Assembly: GCF_000315625.1 (NCBI RefSeq)
Contig: NW_005434574.1
Span: forward strand, 138,037-187,145
DNA length: 49,109 bases
Source of the DNA: Guillardia theta CCMP2712
Taxonomy: Eukaryota; Protista; Cryptophyta
Direction of reading: 5' to 3'
Made by a program: the position numbers and the translations under genes. Of this stretch, positions 24,720 to 34,730 are shown piece after piece. Under the pieces are notes generated by a model. That model saw only the letters and a program-made list of their open reading frames with translations, was not told the DNA's origin and did no database searches. Position 1 is the first letter of the stretch, and the number at the start of each line of letters is the position of its first letter.

Positions 24720-25282
24720 GAGCAAGACAGCAGGGAATATCGTCCTCCGCACTTTCTGCCAAGTTTCTTCCATCTTGAGAAGCAGTCAGAAGCAGTTCGA
24801 ACCAATCAGCAACACCGATCACCTGCTTGTGCAAGTAGATCGCGGATCGATACCACGTAATAGAAGGAGCCTGCGAACTCAAGATTTATCACAACTCGAG
24901 GAGGCTTGGAGGATACCGTCAGAGCCAAGATCATGGCCATGCTCTCCTTGCCAAGGATAGAGTGCGCGTCTGTAGAGCTGGTGAGATTGAGGGAGGGAAG
25001 TTGAGCCAAGACTTACACAAGAGCATCTCGGACTCGTCCAAAAGGTTGTAGTTGGGATCCAATGCACTGGCGATGCTCTCGATGCAGAGGAGATTGACGA
25101 CACTGAACGTAGAGGAAGGGTGAGTCAGGGAAGGGAGGGAGGGAGGGAGGGAGGGAGGGAGGGAGGGAGGGAGGGAGGGAGGGAGGGAGGGAGGGAGGGA
25201 GGGAGGGAGGGAGTGAGGTTATTTGTTTTTTTTTTTTTTTTTTGTTTTTTTTTTTTTTTTTTTTTTGCTTTTTTTTTTTTTG

Positions 25283-25313
<31 letters not shown>

Positions 25314-28300
25314 TTTTTTCTTTCTATATCGGTCATTTGTTGTGTCGTTTTGATTNNNNNNNNNNNNNNNNNNNNNNNNNNNNNNNNNNNNNNNNNNNNN
25401 NNNNNNNNNNNNNNNNNNNNNNNNNNNNNNNNNNNNNNNNNNNNNNNNNNNNNNNNNNNNNNNNNNNNNNNNNNNNNNNNNNNNNNNNNNNNNNNNNNNN
25501 NNNNNNNNNNNNNNNNNNNNNNNNNNNNNNNNNNNNNNNNNNNNNNNNNNNNNNNNNNNNNNNNNNNNNNNNNNNNNNNNNNNNNNNNNNNNNNNNNNNN
25601 NNNNNNNNNNNNNNNNNNNNNNNNNNNNNNNNNNNNNNNNNNNNNNNNNNNNNNNNNNNNNNNNNNNNNNNNNNNNNNNNNNNNNNNNNNNNNNNNNNNN
25701 NNNNNNNNNNNNNNNNNNNNNNNNNNNNNNNNNNNNNNNNNNNNNNNNNNNNNNNNNNNNNNNNNNNNNNNNNNNNNNNNNNNNNNNNNNNNNNNNNNNN
25801 NNNNNNNNNNNNNNNNNNNNNNNNNNNNNNNNNNNNNNNNNNNNNNNNNNNNNNNNNNNNNNNNNNNNNNNNNNNNNNNNNNNNNNNNNNNNNNNNNNNN
25901 NNNNNNNNNNNNNNNNNNNNNNNNNNNNNNNNNNNNNNNNNNNNNNNNNNNNNNNNNNNNNNNNNNNNNNNNNNNNNNNNNNNNNNNNNNNNNNNNNNNN
26001 NNNNNNNNNNNNNNNNNNNNNNNNNNNNNNNNNNNNNNNNNNNNNNNNNNNNNNNNNNNNNNNNNNNNNNNNNNNNNNNNNNNNNNNNNNNNNNNNNNNN
26101 NNNNNNNNNNNNNNNNNNNNNNNNNNNNNNNNNNNNNNNNNNNNNNNNNNNNNNNNNGGAGAGGGAGGGAGGGTTTTGTAGGGCCAGGAAGGAGGGGCGG
26201 ACCTGGTTGCATACTGCGCATCGACGCGAACTTTGTGGCGTCTGAGACCCTCTAAAACGCCTGCAAGGACCGGAGTTGACAGGCGATGAAGCAGGAGCAA
26301 ATCAGGAAACACCTTGTAGGACATCGCCGAGGTCCACATTCGTTCCAAACCCTCTGCACTATCATGGCATTGACAGGGAGAAGGAAGGAAAAGAAGGAGA
26401 AATCTCACTTTCTTCTTGAAGAGTGAGTCCATGTAGATACGAAAACCTTGAGAGATCACATGAGGCGGATTTTCTTGAATGATCGCGTTATCTTCTCACC
26501 TTCAACATCAGCATAAGGTTGCTCGTGAGCAAAGTTGAGGAGATGCGTCGCCGCCCTGCCTTGACATCAGCGCAATGCAATGACAGCAGAAAGGTTCCTA
26601 CCGCAACCCGTCGCCAGCCCCCATGGCCTTGAACAACCCTATGAAGTTGTCCTATTTGACCCGGTCAAACGTCAGTCTCAAGATCGTCCCTTCTTACTTG
26701 CTCTGATGACGTCATGACGTCGACCATCCCCGCGTCGATCAGCACCAGCGTGGGAGGTTCACCACTGTTAGAGTCCCATCAGCAACGAGAGACAGCGAAG
26801 AAACTACTGATCACCTCTTCTCCTTGAGGATTATGTTTCCAGGCTATACCAAGGAAGTGCCGTTAATGTAGACAAGCACGCTTGGCTCACTTACATGCAT
26901 GTCAGCGTGTATGAAGTTATCGGCGAGCAACATCTTGGTTTTGACTCGTCAGCTCATCGCTCGCAACAAGACAAACAAGAAAACCTGCAAATATGTCTCC
27001 TTGCCCGTCTGCACAACGTGAGTCGCATGTTGCTGCGCCAGTGGTTGCAGCTAGGACAACAGTGTGAGTCGATTCCAACCACAACTCGACACTGACTTCA
27101 TGCTTTGTAACTTGTTCCACAACCTGCACAGACCACACGCATCAATCACAGGGCAGACAGGCTGAGCAACTTCACTCACGAGCTCCGTCAAGTCTGGCGT
27201 CTTCTCGGGGAAGTTGCCAGAGACTCTCCTGACAAACTTGCGCGGAGGCAAGTTTACAGTATCGCTCTGTGTAAGGTTGGCAGCCTGAAGGGCGTCAGAG
27301 GGTTGGCAAGGATCCTTGTTGTGCCATCTACCTTGGCTGCTCTCTCTGCAGCTGCTGTCACTGCGGCGACACAGTAGGAAGCGACAGAATGTCCTGGTGA
27401 GAAACTTAAAGGAAAGTGCAGATGATAATGACGATTCCGATTCACTCACCTGATTCAAAGGACTCGATTAGGATTTCTGGACTAGCGTGCAATCCTGTCA
27501 AGGAAGTGAGGTGAGCGTAGAATGCACCAGGTCCCATTCTTACCATCTCGTGGAATCGGGAAGGAGGCTGTGATGTGAGGACACGCTCTGAAGTTTGTCT
27601 GTATGTACAGCTCAGTCTCCACAACTTTGAGAATTGTTCAAGGACTTTGAATCTCTCCAGGTTGATTGCTTCGAAGTCCAACCTGACCTGAAAGCAAGTT
27701 CACAAGACAGCAGAAGACGAGGAAGGGAAGCATCAGTCTTGCAAGAACAACTTTAACAACTTTCCACGGTCAACATGTTACAGCTACAGAAAAGATACCT
27801 GAGCACCCAGCGTGTGACCGAACTGGACAAGAGTCTCTTGTATTCCCATCCACTGGATGCCTGCACCCCCCGTCACAACATTGAAACATCGTTCTGGTCA
27901 GAGCACAGACCAGGGACGTAGTTGAGAAGTGAAGCTGCTGCATTCAGCAGAGCAAAGTCGAGGAGTAACCTCCCTTCCACTTCCGGGTGTCGGACCTGAC
28001 CCAGCCTTGAGTGCTTCCAAGCTCTTTGGAGGGATATCGAGCTTTCACCTTGATCGCAACATACTCCTTGTCACCATGGAAACGAGCCTTGTAAACCTTG
28101 TCGCTCCGTCACGACCAGCGGACCCAGTAGAAACGAGCCTTCTTTACCTGCGCGATGCTGCCGGAGCCAATAGGATGGTCGTCGATTTCAGCAAAGATAG
28201 CCTCCAAGTTGGGAGCATCGAACGCCTGGGAACATCGTCAGTGTTCTAGTGAAATCCAGTGTCCTCGAAAAGATCAGCGTTCAAGCAAGGACAGGAGACA

Positions 28301-28700
28301 TCTCAGTCTGAAGACTCACATCCATGAGAACTTGTCTCGTGTGCTCGAAGGAATGTGGGGGAACTGAAGCATGGAGCGCTTTCAGGTGATCGCACATTTC
28401 CTTTGGGAAGATGTCCGGCCTAGTTGCGGCCCACTGCCCCCACCTTCCCTCAAACATTAGCAACCCTCAACTTGTTGACAAGAGAGCAGACTTGATGAAT
28501 GCAGCTCCAGACAGCTCCAGAGTCTTGCGAAGTAAAGAATACCTTCAGGATCGTGTGAGGATACAGCAAAAAGAAGAAGAATCACAGCGCCAAAAGAAAG
28601 ATGCGTGGAGGAAAACCAGTGGGGACAAGACCGAAGACGTCACCAGAACTCCCTCATCCATTCGAAATAATAAGCTGGGATCGCAAGCGCCCCGACAGGA
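24720..28700 (-). CDS. ABC1/UbiB atypical kinase (ADCK2-like), many short exons; ends uncertain, may extend to ~29800-30170
   Basis: 'WGQWAATRPDIFPKEMCDHLKALHASVPPHSFEHT' (~28330-28440), 'EAINLERF', 'LIESFE', 'MLLADNFIHADMH|PGNIIL' (~26820-26935), 'LVLIDAGMV' and 'ALDPNYNLL' are ABC1 motifs in the expected order. Confidence 0.85.
25128..25325. repeat. (GGGA)n then interrupted poly-T next to gap 25356-26157
   Basis: seen directly; the poly-T is probably a low-quality contig end. Confidence 0.8.
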
Positions 28701-31519
28701 CTGAAGATCAACACAAGCTGAAATACACAAGATCAAGGCCAGTAAAATCAACCATCTCAATCTCCACCTGGAATGCACGAGGGACAAGATCGATCAGAGG
28801 GATGTCCTTGGCATGACGCAGCTGTGAAGGGGTTCTCAACATGATTCAAACTCGCTCTTGTGAAACACACCTCTCGATCAACTTCTTCCCTTGTTATCTC
28901 CCACCTTCTACGGATTTCTGAAGGCAAAGTTTCATTCTCTCTACATATCAACAAGCAACCTACCCTCCGATCTTTGATGTGCCAGGTACGCGTAGCCGAC
29001 ACTGTAAGTCACGCCAGCTCCCAGCACCATCAAAGACGCTTTGAGAGCTGTCTTTGTCATAGACCTGATCCTGCAGGAAGGCATTGATACCATTGAAACA
29101 CACCTCACATACATCTAGTGATCACCTTCCATTCGACTTCGGGCTGACCGTTGAAAGCAGTCTCCTTTGGATTTGACCTTGACATGGCCGACAGCCTGAA
29201 ATCTCTTTCAGTGCTCGTGCACTGAGACGACGCTCAGAGCTGAGTTTGATCACCAATCACGTACAGACGAATCTGACGTTGACTCGCTGGATTTGATGTA
29301 ACATTAAACGCTGCAACCTTGTTAGTTGCCTCTCAAAACCTTCTTACGCTCAGCACCATATCCCGGAAAGAGCTGCACTGTCCGTGGAGCATTATGAAAG
29401 ATCTTGGACGATAACATCCCCCCAAGCATGTTGAGGTAGAGGGGAATGTCGACTTGCACCCAAGATCTCGCTGCTAACGTCCTCCCCTCACTTCGCCGGA
29501 TACCTTAGCTTCGACGAGCTCTGAACTAAGAGCATCTCCACAGCTGCATGAGTCCGGGGTTACACCCACCCTCCCTTGTTTGTTCAGCGCGAAGAAGAAA
29601 CACTGACTGCCAACGATTCGAAATGAGTCCACTCAAGAAAACGCCATCCCATCCAAGGGGTTCGAAATCGCTGTTGCAGCTTCACATAGTCTGGATACAT
29701 GTTCCCCTCCTCTGTGGTACCTGCTCCTGAGAGAACCTCTCTTCTCCCCTGATCTAGTATCTTGTTCCTGGGGTCACCAGTGATCTCCTTGCATCAGCTG
29801 GAGCTTCTTCTCTACTGTACTCAGCTTCCCCTGCACATGAGAACAGCTGCAGTTCAACCTAGTACACCTGCTTCCTTCGCTACTTCACGCGTGCTACTTC
29901 CGATCTCTGAGTTCTTTGTTCAACCTTCCCTTCCTCTTCTTTCCAAGCTTGTCCTGTCTGATTTGTCTTGTGCCTGTCCTGTCCTGTCCTGTCCACTTTG
30001 AATCCTCTGTCCCATTTTCCTCTCCTGCCCTCTTCCCCTCTATCCCGTCTTCTACTGTCCTCCCTCCTGCTGTCCTATCTCCTTCGATCTCCATCGTCTC
30101 ATTCCTGCCTTTCTCCTGCTCCCTCCTGCTCCCTGTCTCTCCTCCCCTCCTTCTGAGTCCCCCATGTAGCACCGATGCGTCCTCACACCTGGGCGGGGTT
30201 TAAAAACTATATGTAAAATCTAATAAGTATTTTTGAAACCCTCACTAATAGTTTTACTCAAGTACTCGTCATACACCGGCGATGCACATGGAGGGAAGCA
30301 GGGGAGGCAGGCGGGCAATGTGAGAATGAGAACGCGCCATGAGGAGAAATTCAAACACGACAATCAGCGGATAACATGCTCTGCATCCGTACAATGAGCA
30401 TGAAGATGGAAGATAGAGATGACTGCCCTATGTGCAGGAGGGGTTCAGTCCAACAGCTTTCGAATGATTCCTCAACACGGCATCAAAGCTTGTTGATGAC
30501 ATGGAATCAAAGCTTTTTCAAGTTGTCGACGATTATTTTTCTGACTCCGATATGAGACCCATGCAAACATCTGCAGTGATCATTGACGCGTTGGCCTTGA
30601 TCTCGTTACATTTTCTTGCAAATTGTATTACACGCTGAAATAGAGATGAACGACGCAGATGATAAATTTGCTACAAGTAGCGGGGAATCATCTGAAGCCC
30701 AGCCTGCATACAATTGACAATCGTCAAAGGGACACAGAGCTATTGCTTCTAGGCAACCTCTTTGGACAGAATGCAGAGGACTTCAAGACATGGTTTTCTT
30801 CATTACCTCACCTCGTTTGAACGAGCAGATTGTGGGAGAATGTATCGAGGTGATTTCTAGTCACACGAAGTCAACTGATGATCCACCAGCACAAGCACAA
30901 GTCATTGTTTGAGTTCATTGCATGTCGAGCAACCTTGCACTATGACGCCGTTGATGAGCTAAAAACAAACATACAAAAACATCACTCAAGGTGACTAGCG
31001 AGCTCTCACGAACCACACTTGTGACTGCTAAAATACCGTCCGTATGCCACCGGGCACGGCAATCGGATCGGACTGAAAAGACTCGTCGATAGTGAGGCTG
31101 CTGCTGGTTGGCGTCGTCGGAACTGACATCTCAAGTCCACGTGACTGCGATTTTTGACCTGACAGAGACGGGCTGAATGGTTTGATATTGTCCATTCACT
31201 GGCCTTACTTTGACTGCCATCTTGTGAGGGGAGTTGTTCGAGTCAGATTCTTGCAGGCGAATGAGTGAAAGGCTGCAAACTTTCTCAACTTGTAGAGCTC
31301 ATCCGAGTGGCCAAGAGCCACAAGGATTTCATACAGCCGGGCTTTATTTTAAACGATACCTGGGAAGTTGAAAACTTTCATCATTCTAAAAGACATCTTT
31401 ATCATATAGCTACGAGGCTCCGGTCATACGACATGCTTGTTAGTAAGGCTCCTCATACACAGGGTTGTGTCGCTGAAGCTACAGTGATCACAACCCAGAC
31501 AGCTCATGATACTCAGTCG

Positions 31520-33981
31520 TCAAGTAAGAGCCGCAAGCAGATCCCGGCACACCTCAAGGTTGTGCTTCTCAACAGCCTTACGAATAATCTCAATGCCTCC
31601 TAAATCCTTGAAGCGCTCAAGGTTGTTAACGTTGCTGGCCGTCATACTCCTCAGCGCCCCGCATGCTGCCTCCTGTACCCCCGCATGCTCCCCGTGCCTC
31701 TCCGTTGCCTTCACCACCGCCTCTACCCCCCTTGCCTCCCCCGCCTTGACCTGGTTGGCAAAATGGTTCGCTGTCATATTCCACAAGGCATTGCATGCTG
31801 CCTCCTGTACCCCCGCGTGCTCCCCGTGCTGCCCCATCGCCCTCACCGCTGCCTCTACTCCTCCTGCCTCCCCTGCCTTGACCTTGTTCGCGGCGTTGCT
31901 GTACGTCATGCTCGTCAGCGCCTTGCATGCTGCCTCCTGTACCCCCGCATGCTCCCCGTGCTGCCCCATCGCCCTCACCGCCGCCTCTACCCCCCCTGCC
32001 TCCCCTGCCTTGACCTTGTTCGCCGCGTTGCTGTACGTCATGCTCGTCAGCGCCTTGCATGCTGCCTCCTGTACGCCCGCATGCTCCCCGTGCTGCCCCA
32101 TCGCCCTCACCGCTGCCTCTACCCCCCCTGCCTCCCCGCCTTGACCTTGTTCGCGGCGTTGCTGGCCGTCATGCTCGTCAGCGCCCCGCATGCTGCCTCC
32201 TGTACGCCCGCATGCTCTCCGTGCTTCCCCATCGCCCTCACCGCTGCCTCTACCCCCCCTGCCTCCCCTGCCTTGACCTTGTTCGCCGCGTTGCTGTACG
32301 TCACGTTCCTGAGCGAAAAGCATGCTGCCTCCTGTACGCCCGCATGCTCCCCGTGCTGCCCCATCGCCCTCACCGCTGCCTCTACTCCTCCTGCCTCCCC
32401 CGCCTTGACCTTGTTCGCCGCGTTGCTGTACGTCATGCTCGTCAGCGCCTTGCATGCTGCCTCCTGTACCCCCGCGTGCTCCCCGTGCTGCCCCATCGCC
32501 CTCACCGCCGCCTCTACCCCCCCTGCCTCCCCTGCCTTGACCTGGTTCGCCGCGTTGCTGGCCGTCATGCTCGTCAGCGCCTTGCATGCTGCCTCCTGTA
32601 CGCCCGCATGCTCTCCGTGCTTCCCCATCGCCCTCACCGCCGCCTCGATCCCTCCTGCCCTTCGTACTCTGACTCCGTTGTCGGATTTGCAATCTATGAT
32701 GTTCCTCAGAGTCCGGTACGCTGCCTGCTGTACTCCGGCATCGTCTTTTCTCTCCTTCATCTCGTGTATCACAGTCTCAATCCTTCCATCGACGTCTTCC
32801 TCTGACAGGTTCGTCACGTTCTCTCCAAGCCTTCTGATTTTGACATGCCTCTCCTCCTCTGTCTCGATCTCTCTCTTTCGCTTTCGTCCATCCTCCGGCC
32901 TCTCTGGCTTATTTTCTCTTATCCTCCCCAGGGCTACCACCAGCTCTGAGAACCGCGGTCGGTCCCCCTCCCTCGTCCTCCAGCAGCTCTCCACCTCACC
33001 CCACAGCCCCTCCTCGCATCCTCCTTCTATCTCCTCTCCTTTCAGTCTACCTCCCCCGCACACGTACACGATCACCCGCTCGTCCTCCGTCATCTGGTAG
33101 TAGGGGATCTTGCCTGACGTGAGGATCTCCCAGCACGTGACCCCGAAGCTCCACACGTCGCTCTTCTCCGAGTACCGTCCTCTCTGCAGTGACTCTGGCG
33201 GCATGTACCGCACTGGCCTCGATTGTCCTGCCGCTACCGTAGCGTGAGTGCGGCGATCGAGCTCCGCTGCCAGCCCGTAGTCCGTCACCTTCACCGACGT
33301 CTTCCGCACGTCCTCCTTGTCGAAGCCGAAGAGCAGCACGTTCCTCGCCGCCAGGTCCCGGTGCACGACCCCGGTCTCTGCCAGGTGCTCCATGCCCTGC
33401 GCGATCTGCTGCATCATCACCACCTGATGCTCTCTTGTCAGCTGTCCTTCCAGCCTTTCAAACGCGTCGCTGAGCGATCCGTGCTCGGCAAACTCCGCCA
33501 GCAGCACCCGGCAGCCACCCTCCTGAGTCTGCCCCATGTACCGCACAAGCCGAGGATGCCGCCCCAGCCTCATCAGCACCCCTGCTTCTCTCTGGCCGTC
33601 TCCTTGCCTCACCTTCAGCACCGCCACCTTCAACCTCCTCGTTTCCTCTCCTCGCACTCGCACTCGGAGGTGACCCGTGTAGACGGTCTTGTTGGAGCCT
33701 GCTGAGATGAGCTGCGGGTCGATCTCCAGGTCTCCTCTGGGGATCATCAGCGCATGCTGCTCCTGCCACTCTTGGATGGCGTTGCGAAGAGCGAGGTTGG
33801 GAACGAGGTCCCTGCGGGGGAGGCGGGAGCCGGTGAGGGGGCTTGTGCGATGCTGCTGGAGCCAGGTCTCGATGAAGGATCTCTCGTACGTGTGGCCGTC
33901 GCAGGTGTTGACAGGGTCGGTCATCAACTGCATGCTGATGGGGCAGAAGAAGGAGGGAAGCGCTTGCTGCTGCTCTGCCAT
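31520..33981 (-). CDS. U-box + tyrosine-kinase-like domain + ARM-repeat protein, intronless; 1-bp frameshift near 32135
   Basis: ATG 33981. U-box 'FFCPISMQLMTDPVNTCDGHTYERSFIETWL..SPLT..LVPNLALRNAIQEW'. Kinase 'HRDLAARNVLL..VKVTDYGL..PVRYMPPE..SDVWSFGVTCWEILTSGKIPY'. Then 44-aa ARM repeats. ORFs 32119..34059 and 31520..32692 join across the frameshift. Confidence 0.9.
31620..32740 (-). repeat. 132-bp coding tandem array: 8 near-identical plus 1 divergent ARM repeats
   Basis: gcatgctgcctcctgtac at 31661, 31793, 31925, 32057, 32188, 32320, 32452 and 32584 (period 132, once 131). Confidence 0.95.
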
Positions 33982-34149
33982 GGGGCTAGCTAGGTAAGAA
34001 CGAGTCAAATTTGAGCAGAGGATGAGTTTGAATTTGAGCAGAGGATGAGCAGAATCCAATTTGAGCAGACAGTGACTGGTTGATGAACCTGAATGGGCAT
34101 ATTTGGAATTGGAGGGAAGAATTACAGGGAGCAGGGAAAACTTCCAAAT

Positions 34150-34450
34150 TTCAGGGAGGAACCCGAAGACTCAGGCTTAGAGCCTGCCTACTCACTAAAT
34201 AAAGAGTCCGGGGGCCTCCCGGGCTGAGCCTCGGACTCACTGTCACCGTTGGGCTGACCGGGCCCGGGGGCCGGTGATGGATCACATGCCAGCCGTGCCA
34301 GTCAGATAGCGCCGAGTTAACAAAACTCTCCTGTAAACCAAGAGATCGGACGTCCTTACGTGTTTGCAGGAGAGTCACTTTTGTGAGAGTTTGGCGTGAC
34401 TCAGTGACTTTGGACTCAGGCTAAGTACAAGTCACTGAGTCTGACAAACT
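34150..34450. promoter_or_regulatory. Putative bidirectional promoter island between the kinase gene and NOC4
   Basis: Divergent ATGs at 33981 and 34731; dense TGACTCAG/GTCACT/ACTCAG motifs; GATCGGAC at 34344. Confidence 0.45.
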
Positions 34451-34730
34451 TGTATTCCGTCAAAGCACGCAGATATCACATCGACCTTAGTTGTAACAAG
34501 ACAGTTTTTGCTCAAGACCGAGTTTAATGCACACAAAACCAGAATTGAGGAGCACATGAGAGATAGACTGTATGCTGGCTATGTAGGTAGTGAAAATTGA
34601 ATTCTTTACTCAAAGTAGTATACCCTTTTTCATGAGTAAAATTTTACTATTGGAAATTTCAAGTCACTATCAGAATGACTCAAGTCGTTCTTCCAACATC
34701 TGCGGTACACATCAGAATAGCACGTGCGCA

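Noticed and set aside
25222-25355. Poly-T as a retroelement poly(A) tail
   Set aside because: It abuts an 802-nt N gap and follows a (GGGA)n tract, typical of degraded read ends; no RT ORF or TSD is visible.
30370-30545. 'DDCPMCRR' as a RING finger end
   Set aside because: The other Cys/His ligands are not present in frame and the ORF is short; 30200-31250 is left unannotated.
31506-33100. Long plus-strand and alternative-frame ORFs over the ARM array
   Set aside because: Shadow ORFs from GC-rich tandem repeats that lack stops.
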